A stretch of 52,579 nt of DNA from a virus (taxonomy: Duplodnaviria > Heunggongvirae > Uroviricota > Caudoviricetes), in IMG/VR virus record IMGVR_UViG_2684622554_000006. One strand, given 5' to 3'. Every line of letters starts with the position of its first letter. Positions within the stretch are counted from its first letter, which is position 1. The translations under genes were made by a program, and so were the position numbers. The notes below the pieces were generated by a model. It made no database searches. It saw only the letters and a program-made list of their open reading frames with translations, and was not told the origin of the DNA. Of the stretch, positions 26,083 to 38,816 are shown piece after piece.

Positions 26083-28056
26083 ATGAGTACCACAACACGT
26101 AAATTTAAAACCGTTATCACCGATACGGGTGCCAAAAAATTAGCTCAGGCAGCCGCGCCAGATGGTAAGCCTGTCCGCCTGACTCATATGGCCGTGGGCG
26201 ACGGTGGCGGCACGTTGCCCACACCAGACAGTAAGCAGACCCGTCTGGTGCATGAGGTGTGGCGACATACTGTTAATCGCGTCATCCTGGACGCAACACA
26301 TCAGAACCGCATTATTGCGGAGCTGGTTATTCCTCCTGAAACGGGCGGATTCTGGATCCGGGAAATTGGTGTATTTGATGAGCACGGCGATTTAATCGCG
26401 GTGGGCAATACTGCCGAAAGTTACAAGCCAGCCGTTGCCGAAGGGTCCGGTCGTGCACAAACATTTCGCACCATTCTGACCGTATCCAGCACTGCCACCG
26501 TGGTGCTTACCGTGGATAACACCATGGTGATGGCCACAGTGGATTACGTGGATGACAAACTGAAAGAGCATGAACAGTCACGACGTCACCCGGACGCCTC
26601 GCTGACCGCAAAAGGCTTTGTTCAACTCAGTAGCGCCACTAACAGCGTGTCTGAAACGCAGGCTGCAACGCCGAAAGCAGTAAAGGCCGCGTATGACCTT
26701 GCTAACGGTAAATATACTGCGCAGGATGCCAGCACGACGCGAAAAGGCCTTGTCCAGCTCAGTAGCGCCACCAACAGCACGTCTGAAACGCAGGCTGCAA
26801 CGCCGAAAGCAGTAAAGGCCGCGTATGACCTTGCTAACGCAAAATATACCGCTCAGGACGCCACGACGGCACAAAAAGGGATAGTCCAGCTCAGTAGTGC
26901 CACCAACAGCACGTCTGAAACACTGGCCGCGACATCGAAAGCTGTTAAGGCGGTAATGGATGAAACGAACAAGAAAGCGCCCTTAAATAGTCCTGCACTG
27001 ACCGGAACGCCAACAACACCAACTGCGCGACAGGGAACGAATAATACCCAAATCGCAAGCACGGCTTTCGTTATGGCTGCGATTGCCGCCTTGTAGATTC
27101 GTCACCTGATGCACTGAACACGCTGAACGAGCTGGCTGCGGCGCTGGGCAACGACCCGAATTTTGCGACCACCATGACTAACGCGCTTGCGGGTAAGCAA
27201 CCGAAAGATGCCACCCTGACGGCGCTGGCCGGACTTACTACTGCGGCAGGCAAGTTTCCGTATTTTACGGGGAATGATGTCGCCAGCCTGCAACCCTGAC
27301 AAAAGTCGGGCGGGATATTCTTGCGAAATCGACCGTTGCTGCCGTTATCGAATACCTCGGTTTACGAGAACTCGGCACAAGCGGGGAGAAAATACCGTTA
27401 CTCAGTACAGCGAATACCTGGACCAATCGACAAACATTCAGCGGTGGCCTTTCTGGGGAACTGTCCGGCAATGCCGCTACTGCAACAAAGCTGAAAACAG
27501 CACGAAAATTGCTGGAGTGGTTTTGATGGTTCTAGCGATATTTCAATTAGTGCCAAAAATGTCAATGCATTTGCACTCCGACAAACAGGTAATACTGTTA
27601 ATGGTGATACATCCGTTGGATGGAATTGGGATAGTGGTGCATATAACGCATGATTGGTGGTGCATCTGCATTAATTCTTCACTTTAATATAATGCTGGTA
27701 GCTGTCCTGCGTACAATTCCGTGTGAATTATAAAAATGGTGGATTTCCTACAGGTCGGCTCGTGATGGTTATGGGTTTGAATTGGTTGGTCAGATTTCTA
27801 TACCACGACACGAAAACCTTCAGCGGGAGATGTTGGTGCATATACGCGGACAGAATGTAACTCAAGGTTTATTACAGGTATTCGCCTTGGCGGTCTGTAT
27901 CTGTTCAGACATGGAATGGTCCCGGCTGGTCTGACAGGTCAGGTTATGTCGTTACGGGTTCAGTTAACGGAAACCGTGATGAATTAATTGATACAACACA
28001 GGCAAGGCCAATTCAGTATTGCATTAATGGACGTGGTATAACGCGGGGAGTATTTA
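26083..28056 (+). CDS. H: Tail fibre protein H: conserved N-terminal part plus invertible C-terminal host-range part; interrupted by frameshifts as given
   Basis: N-terminal 337 aa intact (26083-27096) with three [25 protein letters not shown] repeats; a premature TAG at 27094 is caused by GCCGCCTTG versus GCCGCCCTTG in copy 2; the reading frame continues in other frames to the stop at 28054-28056. Confidence 0.7.
27345..27370. promoter_or_regulatory. Left crossover site of the invertible segment (gix/cix-like, inside H)
   Basis: TTATCGAATACCTCGGTTTACGAGAA is the inverted counterpart of the right site; 17 bp are shared, including the ACC-GA-GGT core. Confidence 0.65.
27355..27460. repeat. 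Left arm of a ~105-bp inverted repeat flanking the invertible tail-fibre segment
   Basis: The reverse complement of 29982-30088 matches 27355-27460 almost base for base (compared by eye). Confidence 0.7.
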
Positions 28057-28058
28057 AC

Positions 28059-28594
28059 GATGATGCACTTAAAAAACATTACTGCTGGCAACCCTAAAAC
28101 AAAAGAGCAATACCAGCTAACAAAGCAATTTAAACATCAAATGGCTTTATTCAGCTGATGGAAAAAACTGGTATGAGGAACAAAAAGAATTTCCAGCCAG
28201 ACACTTTGAAAATGGTCTATGACCATAACGGCGTTATTATTTGTATTGAAAAGGATGTTTCAGCAATTAATCCGGAAGGCGCAAGCGTCGTTGAATTACC
28301 TGATATTACAGCAAATCGCCGGCTGATATTTCGGGGAAATGGATGTTCAAAGATGGCGTAGTGGTAAAGCGAACTTATACCGAGGAAGAGCAGAGGCAAC
28401 AAGCGGAAAATGAAAAGCAGAGCCTGTTGCAACTTGTCAGGGATAAAACTCAGCTATGGGACTCACAGCTACGGCTGGGCATCATTTCCGACGAGAATAA
28501 ACAAAAATTAACCGAGTGGATGCTCTATGCGCAGAAAGTCGAATCCACAGACACCTCCAGCCTGCCAGTAACATTTCCCGAACAACCTGAATGA
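28059..28594 (+). CDS. G: Tail fibre assembly chaperone (gpG/Tfa), frameshifted in this copy
   Basis: [25 protein letters not shown]-terminus; copy 2 (40796-41305) reads as a 169-aa ORF; copy 1 has an extra A at about 28126. Confidence 0.65.
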
Positions 28595-28622
28595 GACAAG
28601 GCCCGATAACGGGCCTTAATTT

Positions 28623-29150
28623 TTATTCAGGCTTTTGTGGCCATTCAGGATTTGCCGTATCCACACGGTTGACCAGAACACTGTAGCGTTCCCATGCTTC
28701 CAGTCGTGTGCGTTCCTCGTCTGTTGCCATATTCAGCCTGACAGCGCGTTCCAGCGGCTGGATGACTGATTCAGCTTCGGAAAGCAATGCGGCCTTTTGT
28801 GATTCGGCCTGTTGTTGCTGTTCGTCAGCCGTATAAATCCGTTTAACCACAGCTCCGTCCTTAAACATCCACTTACCGGAATCATCGGTCCGACGATTGG
28901 CCGTTATATCGGGAACCTCGACGACGCTAAAACCTTCGGGATTAAGCGTGGAGGCATCTCTGGTGATGGCGACAATAATATTATTTTCATCGTAAACAAT
29001 CTTTATGGTGTCTGGCTGAAAGTTTTTCACTTCCTCATACCAGTTTTTTCCGTCCTCAGAGTAAAGCCAGATAACTCCGTGTTTCTTTGTTAACTCATAC
29101 TGTTCCAGTGTTTTAGCATTACCCGCTTTTATGTTCTTTAAGTGCATCAT
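28623..29150 (-). CDS. Alternative tail fibre assembly chaperone (Tfa') in the invertible segment
   Basis: 175-aa intact [26 protein letters not shown]..., paralogous to tfa and on the opposite strand. Confidence 0.8.
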   Translation of the reverse strand: MMHLKNIKAGNAKTLEQYELTKKHGVIWLYSEDGKNWYEEVKNFQPDTIKIVYDENNIIVAITRDASTLNPEGFSVVEVPDITANRRTDDSGKWMFKDGAVVKRIYTADEQQQQAESQKAALLSEAESVIQPLERAVRLNMATDEERTRLEAWERYSVLVNRVDTANPEWPQKPE

Positions 29151-29154
29151 ATTA

Positions 29155-30065
29155 AACGCTCGCTACATTATACCAGGTGCCATTTATATACTTTTGAACG
29201 GGTCTGTAATAAACACCCGCTATATTATCGGCAGAGTTAGACCCTGTATCCTGAACATTAATACCAGACAATACATGACCTGAAGGGCACTGGAAATTCA
29301 TGTTCGCCAGTTGTTCACTCCATAATATTGCTGTGAACCAAGTCGAACATCTTTCACATAACGGGAATCAAAGTTACCGTAATCCGAGGGATTAACACGC
29401 CCCGTAATATTTATGGTCTTATTACTTTGAATGCTTCCGGGAACAAAGCGCATAACATGGACGTAATTAGCATAAACATCCAGATTACCATCGCCATTTT
29501 GTTTAAAGCCCGTGTCATTATCACCCAATACAATCGAATTACGCAAGAGCACTGGATGTTCCGATACCCAGTGCACCATTCAGTTGACCACGCAGATAAC
29601 GGCAGTGCACCAACATCTCCTGCTGAAGGTTTTCTGGTGGTGGTGTAAAATTCGGACCAGTCGGCTTCAAACCATAACCATCACGGGCTGAACGATAAAA
29701 ATACCGCCATTTTTATAATTAATCCGAAACTGAGCTGCAGGACAACTTCCGTCTCCATATAAAAATGAATAATTAACGTTGATGCACCACCAATATTTGC
29801 GTTATAGGCTCCGCTACTCCAGTTCCATCCAACTGCTTTATCATTCGCAACGGTGCTTCCTGTTTTCCTAAGGCAAACGCACCAACATGACTTGCTTTTA
29901 ATGTGATATCGGAGGAACCATCAAAAGCCACATTGCTTATTTTCCTGGCAGTTTTTATTTTGCAGCTGTAGAAGCATTGCCGGATAGTTCACCAGAAAGG
30001 CCACCGCTGAATGTTTGTCGATTAGTCCAGGTATTCGCTGTACTGAGTAACGGTATTTTCTCCCC
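29155..30065 (-). CDS. Alternative tail-fibre C-terminal (receptor-binding) cassette H', promoterless until inversion; frameshifted as given
   Basis: Minus-strand coding potential from the right crossover site down to the tfa' start, in several frames (for example track ORF 29298-29579). Confidence 0.45.
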
Positions 30066-30088
30066 GCTTGTGCCGAGTTCTCGTAAAC
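29982..30088. repeat. Right arm of the ~105-bp inverted repeat
   Basis: Reverse complement matches 27355-27460. Confidence 0.7.
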
Positions 30089-30103
30089 CGAGGTTTTAAA
30101 TAA
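30078..30103. promoter_or_regulatory. Right crossover site (gix/cix-like)
   Basis: TTCTCGTAAACCGAGGTTTTAAATAA matches the gix consensus TTCCTGTAAACCGAGGTTTTGGATAA at about 22 of 26 positions (from memory). Confidence 0.7.
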
Positions 30104-30158
30104 TGGCCGTTTCTGGCCTGCATGGCATGATTTGCTGCTTTTGGACGGGAGATTCAGT

Positions 30159-30761
30159 GTGCTGATTGGCTATGTAAGGGTATCAACAAATGACCAGAAT
30201 ACAGACCTGCAACGAAACGCTCTTGTTTGTGCAGGATGTGAACAAATATTTGAAGATAAATTAAGCGGGACAAAGACAGACCGACCGGGATTTAAAACGC
30301 GCTTTAAAGCGCCTTCAAAAAGGTGACACGCTGGTTGTCTGGAAACTGGATCGCCTCGGGCGAAGCATGAAACATCTGATTTCTCTCGTCGGGGAACTAC
30401 GGGAGCGAGGGATTAATTTTCGCAGTCTGACCGACAGCATAGACACATCTTCTCCAATGGGGCGTTTTTTCTTCCACGTGATGGGTGCCTGGCTGAAATG
30501 GAACGTGAATTAATTGTTGAACGTACACTGGCCGGGCTGGCGGCAGCGCGCGCAAGGGGGCGCACAGGCGGACGTCGACCGAAGCTGACAAAAGAACAGC
30601 ATGAGCAAATAGCAAGGCTAATCAAAAACGGGCACGACAGAAAACAACTGGCAATAATTTACGGCATTGGCACATCGACGATTTATCGTTATCACCCTGT
30701 AGCGATATACAGACTGAAGAAACAACCGGGCAGACTCAGGAAAATGAAAACCGCTATCTGA
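30159..30761 (+). CDS. pin: Serine DNA invertase (Pin/Gin/Cin/Hin family); frameshifted at about 30290 and 30490 as given
   Basis: GTG start; [38 protein letters not shown] is near-identical to e14 PinE as I recall it, including the catalytic Ser in VRVSTNDQ; an intact frame can be reconstructed by combining both copies. Confidence 0.8.
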
Positions 30762-30777
30762 CCATTAGCGGTTTTTG
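30749..30777 (+). terminator. Rho-independent terminator after the invertase
   Basis: AACCGCTA-loop-TAGCGGTT followed by TTTTTG. Confidence 0.5.
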
Positions 30778-30831
30778 TGTTAAATCAGAACAGCCCTTTA
30801 ACTGAACTGGCCGCGCTGTTAAGAGATGATG

Positions 30832-31278
30832 TCACCTTATCTTTGAGCCGGACAGCATATCACTGAACGATGAGGATTGCAGGCGCTCCCGCAAATCCTC
30901 ATCACAGCGTTCAAGAGTCAGTGAAAATTCTATCTTTTTCGCCTTACCGTAGCGATCAAACTCGGAGCGGGTCGTATTCGTTTCAGTCAGGACATACATG
31001 CCGTAAATCTGCCCGACGCCATCAATCAAAGGCCAGGGTCGTCCTGTATACGCCTGCGTGGTCAGCAGCGACAGCGACACTTCGCCACCTGTAATTTCAG
31101 GATAAAGCACACCAGAAAGAACGATGCGATCATCACCTGCACCGATATACTGCCAGCTTGCTGAACGGTTAACGCGTTCATTTTTCACATGCCGCCAGCT
31201 TTTGTTTTGCTGTAACTGCTGATGCGGCAGCGTGCGCAGCTCAAAAACAAACATGCCGTAGATCATCATCATGGCCAT
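30832..31278 (-). CDS. U: Tail protein U (P2 gpU family), copy 1, C-terminus frameshifted
   Basis: 148 aa, identical to the copy-2 U (43500-43994, 164 aa) except for the last residues. Confidence 0.65.
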   Translation of the reverse strand: MAMMMIYGMFVFELRTLPHQQLQQNKSWRHVKNERVNRSASWQYIGAGDDRIVLSGVLYPEITGGEVSLSLLTTQAYTGRPWPLIDGVGQIYGMYVLTETNTTRSEFDRYGKAKKIEFSLTLERCDEDLRERLQSSSFSDMLSGSKIR

Positions 31279-31289
31279 GACTCCTCAAT

Positions 31290-32691
31290 CTTTATCGTAA
31301 AAACTGCACGCCCGGCACGGGCGCGCCGTTCCATTTCTGCCCTGACCATTTCACCGACCAGTTTCGCCAGTTCGCGGGATTCTGCGTAACAACGTTATGC
31401 AGATGAACATGAATTTCACCACCAAATCCGGAGGCAACAGGCTCCGGTTACGGGAAGTTACAGGAACTGATGCCACTGGAGATCGTATAGCCTCCGCCAC
31501 CGGCGGGAGCTGGCCGCAACAACAGGGACCAGCGCCGGAGGCAGCGGAGCCGGGACCACGGGTGTGATATTAATTGCGGGGGCAGGCTTACTGACCTGCG
31601 CAATCTTCCGCTCCTGCCACTCCCACGAACAGCAAGTGCTCGGGCAGGTTTTTAAAGACAATATCGCCGGGGCCAATGCGTTTTTTCGTCTCCTCAACCA
31701 GCTTACCTGTGTTATCAGCAATTTTGCTGAGTCTGCGCAGCGTACCGGTATTGCTGTCTGTGAGCGGTTATTGTCTTTGGGGTTATCACCTCGGTGCCAT
31801 TGCCATTTTCCACAGGCTTCGGCGGATTGATTTTCGCCAGGTCCCCCTGAAGCAAGGCAACCTTGTCCTGAAGAATGGCCGCACGCTGTGCGTCTTCGAT
31901 TTTCTTGCGCGCCCTTTCCGCTTCATCCGGAAGCACACCAAGCTTTTCAAGTATCCACGCCAGCGTATCCAGCAACATTTTTGCAGGTGTCAGAACAAGT
32001 TGTAACGCACCGCCAAGAACGTTACCGAATATCTCGCCAGCACTGGTACATTTATCCAGAGTTTCCTTGCTGGACTCCATCGGAGACAGCAGCGATTTAA
32101 ACCAGTTAAACACCTGGCTGATCCCACTCCCGATTGCGTCAAAAACAGGACCAAACCGTTCAAAGGTTTCGCGCAACGGGGTCAGCCTTTCCATAATCCC
32201 GCTGAACACCCCGGCAAAAAATGCCCTGATGGGATCCCAGTATTTCCAGATGAGAACGGCAGCTCCGGCAAGCGCAGCCACGATAAGGCCGACCGGACTG
32301 AACAACGCCCCGATAGCGCCCCCCAGTAACGAAACGGAACCCGTCACCATTCCCCATAGTGCTGGCAGGAGTCTGACAGCATTCATTGAACCGGTCAGGA
32401 GGGAAAAGCCAAGACGCAGTTTTGCCAGCGGGCCAGCAAGCACACCAATAGCCAGCGACAACGAGCCAACCGTTGCAGTCATTGCCAGCAACGCACCGCC
32501 TGCTATCAGTAGCTGGCGCGTCAGTACCGGATGGGCCTGCGCCAGCGAGGTGATTTTTTCAAGCACCGCGTGAGCCACTGCGTGACAGAACGCAGCGGAC
32601 CGTCAACCAGATCACTGATGCGAATACGAAGACCTTCCCATGCGCTGTCGAGATTTTTCAGGTCCCCATCAAGATTATCGGCCATTACTTT
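31290..32691 (-). pseudogene. C-terminal part of tape-measure gene T, copy 1, truncated at the duplication junction
   Basis: Track ORFs 31458-31721 and 31715-32578 match the copy-2 T C-terminal region; the sequence switches to mid-endolysin sequence at about 32692. Confidence 0.6.
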
Positions 32692-33540
32692 GAAATCTCG
32701 GAAGTGGATTTTGGTATCACCGAAGGATTGCGCAGTCGTTATCGTCAGAAGCAGCTCGTGACCACAGGCAAGAGCCAGACCATGAACAGTCGCCATCTCA
32801 CAGGGCATGCGTGGATGTTGTGGCTTATGTCGGCAACAGGTTCATGGAATGGCGCTGTACGAAAAAAATCGCAGCAGCATTCAGACAGGCAGCCAGGAAC
32901 TGAATATTCCGGTGGAATGGGGCGGCGACTGGAAGACCTGAAAGACGGACCGATTTTCAGTTACACACGGAGCCTATCCGGCATGAAGCTCTGGCCCAGC
33001 TTGGCGTCGCTTTCCTTCTGATTACATCCATGCGTCTGTCGTGGTCGCTGGGCCGGAGAACGCCAGAAACGAAGCGCAGGCCAGCACCTGAAAAGTACGT
33101 CGACACACTGAATATCATCAGCGCCGGGTACAGGATATGCACAGGTGCTGGCTCAGCTCCGCGCGGAAAATCAGCAACGCAATCAGGACGGAGAGGTAAG
33201 ACGTGAACAGCTACGCAACGATATTGCAAAAGATGAATGCGCCCACGCTTTGCCTGACGCTCGTTTTACTGACAGGTTGCGCAGGCACGCAGAACGCGCC
33301 AGGGCCAGCGCCGTCAGTCCGGCTTATACGCAGACGCTGACATGCCGGTAACGCCTCCCCCTTCCTGACCCACCCACATGGGGAAACTCGGAATATGGGG
33401 CGACCGCCTTCTGGATGCACTGGAAACCTGTAACGCGGATAAACGGGCCATTGCTGAACTGGATAAGAGAATAGCCGAACTGACACACCAGACGGGAGTA
33501 ACACAATGACCAGTAAGAACTTTGCACTGATTACAGCCAT
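32692..33540 (+). pseudogene. Copy-2 endolysin 3' fragment and spanin region, disrupted by indels
   Basis: Track ORFs 32704-33021 and 33145-33351 carry fragments of the endolysin and Rz-like sequences. Confidence 0.55.
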
Positions 33541-35361
33541 GACACAGGCTGAACTGACTCAAAAGGTGAATGAACATCTTGCGAAAGGGTGGCATCTTCA
33601 GGGGAGACGCGGGTTGCCTACGAACCCGGCACCGTGGTATCTAATGCAGGCAATGGTGGCCGATGGCACTACAGACATCTCACCTGATTCCCCCAGCACG
33701 GCAGGTGCCGGAGTGGTATTACGTGGTGGTACTTGCTGGTCAATCCAATGCCATGTCATATGGTGAGGGAATGCGCTGCCGGATTCTTACGATGCGCCCA
33801 CCACGCATTAAGCAACTGGCCGTCGCAACACAGTGATCTCCGGTGGTAAAGCATGCGCATTTAACGACATCATTCCGGCAGACCACTGCCTGCATGATGT
33901 TCAGGATATGAGCGCACTGAATCACCGAATGCAGACCTGAGCAAAGGGCAGTATGGCTGTGTCGGACAGGGCTTGCATATTGCCAAACGCCTGTTGCTTA
34001 CATTCCACAGAATGCCGGGATTTTACTGGTTCCATGCTGTCGTGGTGGTTCGGCATTCACCAGGGCGCGGAGGGGACATTCAGCGAGTCCACAGGAGCCA
34101 GTCAGGATTCGGCTCGCTGGGGTGTGGGTAAACCTTTATATCAGGACCTGATTTTGCGCACGAAGGCCGCATTGCAGAAAACCCAAAAAACATGCTGCTG
34201 GCCGTATGCTGGATGCAGGCGAATTTGACATGAGCGCCGCTACGTACTCACAGCAACCTCCGCTGTTTACGGCATGCTGAAACAGTTTCGTGCGGACATT
34301 ACCGAGTTTAACACGCAGTGTCATGGAGGCAGAGCGGCAAGTGTGCCATGGATTTGTGGTGACACGACGTATTACTGGAAAAAACACCTACGGCACGCAG
34401 TACGACACCATTTACGGGGCGTACAAAAACAGGGAGAGCGACAACGTTTTCTTTGTGCGTTCCTGACCGATGGTAGTGGCAACAATACCTCCACCAACGA
34501 CCAACGGAAGATCGGATGCTGCAAGTGAGGGATATTACGGTTCGGCATCCCGAACGAACAAAAACTGGGTATCATCAAATCGCCAGACGCATTTCAGCTC
34601 ATGGGCGCGTCGTGGCATTATTCCCGATCGTATGGCAACCGCTATTCTGAACGTAGCCGGTCGCACTTAGCCTTCATCAGTGGTAAGGCACCGGAAATCA
34701 AACCCTCGCCCGGCGGCGACACGCATCGGGGCCGTCTGAAGATGCATCCGTACGCACAATCTCCCTGTTGCGACAGCGGAGATGCTGCTGCGCAGGGCTG
34801 GAGCATTAAGAATGGCGGAATTCAGTTGTCAGAGGGTGTATTTAAGATCACCAAGCAGAGCAATAAAGCCTGGTCCTGACGCGCGCCGGTGGATGACGCA
34901 GTCTCCTGCTGACACGGGGTGGCAGACTGAGCTGTAAGTTTCGACTGTCAGGCGCACTGACCAACAATCAGTTCGGTCTGGGAATTTATCTGTATACCGA
35001 TGTAGCGTTACCTGACGTCGTGGCGATGACCGGGACTGGTAACCCGTTCCTGATGTCGTTCTTCACCCAGACCACAGACGGCAAACTGAATCTGATGCAT
35101 CACAAGAAAGCAGGAAACACAAAGTTGGGCGAGTTCGGGAATTACAGTAACGACTGGCAGACGCTGGAGCTGGTGTTCACCGCCGGCAGTGCCACGGTTA
35201 CTCCGAAACTGAATGGAGTGGCTGGCCCGGCATTCCAGGTCATAAAAGACAGTCTGACACTGGGGCTGAATGCGCTGACGTTAACTGATATCACTAAAAA
35301 TGCCGCGTACGGCGTCGATATCGGCAGCCTGGTGCTGGAAATCAATAATCCCGCAGCATAA
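33506..35361 (+). pseudogene. Copy-2 DUF1737-SGNH esterase, multiple frameshifts
   Basis: Fragments in track ORFs 33506-33766, 33953-34228, 34470-34670, 34601-34879 and 35020-35361 are collinear with the copy-1 esterase. Confidence 0.6.
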
Positions 35362-35384
35362 GGAAGAGCAGGAGAGCAAAACAG

Positions 35385-35851
35385 ATGCTTAAGACAAACA
35401 GTCTGCGAGAGTCCATGCTTCATGGGTGTCGGTGGTGCCAGGCTAATCCGAGAAATTCACCATTTTCGTGGAGAGCGGCAACATTGAAACGACCGGAGAA
35501 GCGCCCTCGTTTGTTTACCGCTATCAGATGGTGATGTTTGTCATGGATTACGCCGGAGAGCTGGACGACCTCACGCTGCCGCTGCTGGCGTGGTTATCCG
35601 AAAATCAGCCACAGTTGTTGCTCAATCCGGAGCGTAATCAGGACATCAAATTTTCTGCCGTTATCAATGACGATGACAGCGCCGATCTCCTGTTTACGCT
35701 CCCCCTGCGGGAACGCGTTCGCATCACGCGCAACAGTCAGGGCACACCGCAGGCAGAACACCTGCCGGAGCCAAAACCCCGTCTGCCTTCTTCCGAAGGC
35801 GACTGGTCGCATGTATTCCAGGATGTGACGTGGGGTGAAAGCGATGGATAA
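35385..35851 (+). pseudogene. Copy-2 tail completion protein R (frameshift near the 5' end; intact C-terminus)
   Basis: Track ORF 35468-35851 ends ...SEGDWSHVFQDVTWGESDG. Confidence 0.55.
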
Positions 35852-35854
35852 GGC

Positions 35855-38814
35855 ATTCACCCGCGTGGATGAAACCTTGAGGCTATCCGCGACAGCTGAA
35901 TCAGCAGGCCATCAATAACATCGCCAGAAAGCTGGCACAGGATTTACGTCGCGCCCAGCAGGCACGTATCCGGTCACAAAAAGCGCCGGACGGGACCGAA
36001 TGGACACCACGCAGACGCCGCGTAACCCGGATACAGGAGCGCATTCGCTTTATCTGGAATAACGAAGCACGCACGCTGAAAAACTGGCATCACGACACAG
36101 GGAAATACGGGCGAACCATTACCGGGTGGGATGAGGATAAAAACAATATCCGCACGTTTTACCGGGATGACATCGACCGTTTTCTGGAAATACGCACCCG
36201 GCGCATCAACCAGGACAGCACAAAGCGCGTCCCATGTTCGTAAAACTGCGCACCGCCCGCTACCTGAAAGCCCGTGCAGATGCCTCCGGTGTGACGGTGG
36301 GTTACAGCGGCGTGGCGCACGTATTGCACGCGTTCATCAGTTCGGTGAGCGCGATCAGGTTGCGCGGGCATTTTCACCGATTACCCGGTACGTGAGCTGT
36401 TGGGTATCAGCCAGGCAGATGAGCGCCTGATTTATAACACGGTGCTGGGCCGGATTGCGGAGGCTGTACGGTGAGCGCAGAACTCATGCGACTGCTGAGC
36501 AACATCATCCGCACCGGGATCATCTCTGAAGTTGATGAGAAGTCCTGGCGCGTGCGCGTTCGCAGCGGCGAACTGGAAACAGGCTGGTTGCGCTGGAACA
36601 CCACGCGCGCGGGAGCCTTCAATGTGTGGCTGCGCCATCACCAGGCGAACAGGTGGTAATTGCCTGCATTGGCGGCAACCCGGAAACCGCCATGATAATT
36701 GGCAGCCTGTGGAGTGATGCCAGTCCGGCCCCGGCAAAAGCCTGAAAGAAATCGTGGTCAGCGCGCCGGATGGCGCGGTGTTCCGCTACGACGCAGACGC
36801 TGGCGCACTGAGCGCCAGCGGCATGAAAACAGCCACCCTGCAGGCATCCGTCAGCGTGACACTGGATACGCCCGTCGTGGAATGCACAAACCTTCTGAGA
36901 ACGGCGACGCTTGACGTCACAAAAGAGGGAAAGATGAGCGGCAATATCACGCACAGCGGCGGCAATTTCACCTCAAACGGCATTACCGTGCATACGCATA
37001 AGCACGGTGGCGTTAAAGGTGGCAGCGATTCGACAGGAGGCCGCAGTGACAACCCGCTACACAGGAATGAACCCGGACGGGACGGGAAACCTGAACGATA
37101 TGGAGCACCTGAAACAGTCAGTCAGGGACATCCTGATCACCCCGCTGGCAAGCCGGGTTATGCGACGGGAATATGGCAGCCTTGTGCCTGATTTGATTGA
37201 CGAACCCATGAATAACACCACGCGTCTGCAATGCATGAGTGCTGCCGTGATTGCGCTGACACGATGGGAACCCCGCATTGCCCTGGACGCCATCGACGTT
37301 GTCTGGAAGGCAGGAGGCCGCGCCGGGGTGACGCTGTCGGGCACTGTCATGCAGACCATGCAGAATGTTGAATTAACCATCACGCTGAGAGAGTAAATCA
37401 TGCCTGCTGTTGATCTTTCCAGTTACCGGAACCGCCATCATCGCGGAGCCTGATTTTGAGGCAATTCTGGCTGACACAAAGGCCATGATGATTGCGTCCT
37501 ATCCTGCCGAACAGCGTGAAGCCGTCTCCGCGCGCTGGAGCTGGAATCAGAACCCCTGAACGTTATCGCTCAAACCATGTCGTTTTCGTGAAATGCTGTT
37601 ACGCCAGCGGGTTAACGAGGGCGCACGCGCCTGCATGTTAAGCACGGTTCAGGGACAAACCTGGACAACCTCGCGGCAATATGAACACAAAGCGCCTGGT
37701 TATCACTCCGGCAACGGATACCACCGACGCGGTGATGGAGAGCGACACCTCGCTGAGACTGCGGGCGCAGCGGGCGTATGACGGCCTGAGTGTTGCTGGC
37801 CCGTCAGGTGCATACGAGTATTTTGCACGCAGCGCCAGCGGTCTGGTGCGTGATGCGCGGGCCATCAGCCCGTCTCCGGCCTGTGTGACGGTTTCCATTC
37901 TGTCCACTGAAGGCGACGGCACAGCAACGGAGGCGTTGCTTAATACCGTTCGCGCCGTTCTGAATGCAGAGGATACCCGCCCGGTGGCCGACCGACTGAC
38001 CGTACAGAGCGCCAGCATCGTGACATGGCGGCTGAATGCAAAACTGTACTTTTACCCCGGCCCGGAATCCGAACCTATTCTGGCTGCGGCTGAATCGTCG
38101 TTCAGGAAGTGGCTGGCTGAGCAGGGGCTTATTGGTCAGGACGTGGCGTTGTCAGCCATTGCTGCCGCACTTCATGTGCACGGCGTGCAACGCGTGGAGA
38201 TAATCGAACCCACACAGAATATGGCCATCAGCGACATACAGGCGGCGCGCTGTGAGTCATTCACCATCAGCGAAGGTGGGCGTAATGAGTAATTCACTGT
38301 TACCGCCATCAGCCAGCAATTTCATGCGTTGCGCCGAAGCTGTCGGAGCGCGCATTACAGACATCCCGGTAGACCTCAACACGCTGTGGTCACCGGACAC
38401 CTGCCCGGTGCATCTGCTGCCTTATCTCGCCTGGGCATTTTCCGTTGACCGCTGGGATCGCAACTGGCCGGAAGAGACAAAGCGACAGGTGATTCGTGAT
38501 GCATGGCTGATACACCGACACAAAGGGACCATCAGCGCACTGCGCCGGGCCATTGAGCCGCTGGGATACCTCATTCGCGTGTCTGAGTGGTGGGAGTTCG
38601 GCGGAGAACCGGGAACATTTACCGTTGAAGTCGGCACGCTGGACAGTGGCGTGACGGAGGAAATGTATCTGGAAATGGAGCGGTTGATTGCTGATGCCCG
38701 CCCGGTCAGCCGCCACATGACAGGGCTGAATATCATTCAGGAGATTCAGGGAGATATTTCGCGGCGGCAGCAACTTACGACGGCGAAGTCATTACCATTT
38801 ATCCGGACGATTAA
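35855..38814 (+). pseudogene. Copy-2 S-V-W-J-I block, several frameshifts
   Basis: Track ORFs 36471-36659, 36754-37191, 37007-37396, 37681-38292 and 38252-38836 are collinear with the copy-1 S, V, W, J and I genes. Confidence 0.55.
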
Positions 38815-38816
38815 GC

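Larger units (their letters stand above)
27371..30077. other. Invertible tail-fibre host-range segment (Mu G-segment / P1 C-segment / e14 P-region type)
   Basis: Bounded by inverted gix-like sites; contains the variable C-terminus of H and tfa on the plus strand and an alternative tfa' plus fibre C-terminus on the minus strand; invertase gene immediately to the right. Confidence 0.75.
19905..32691. repeat. Copy 1 of a ~12.8-kb tandem direct duplication (endolysin 3' half through T 3' part)
   Basis: Gene-by-gene identity of the track ORFs between 19.9-32.7 kb and 32.7-45.4 kb; junction ...CCATTACTTT|GAAATCTCGG at about 32691/32692 joins a T-internal sequence (45405-45416) to an endolysin-internal sequence (19905 onward). 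Confidence 0.85.

Noticed and set aside
26580-26900. Tandem ~120-bp repeats inside tail fibre gene H as a possible CRISPR array or VNTR
   Set aside because: The repeats are in-frame coding repeats ([25 protein letters not shown] x3) typical of fibre shafts, with no short unique spacers or flanking leader; not a CRISPR array.
31875-32573. 232-aa plus-strand ORF
   Set aside because: Antisense to the tape-measure fragment; Ser/Ala/Pro-rich low-complexity translation; duplicated at 44598-45098 only because the underlying DNA is duplicated.
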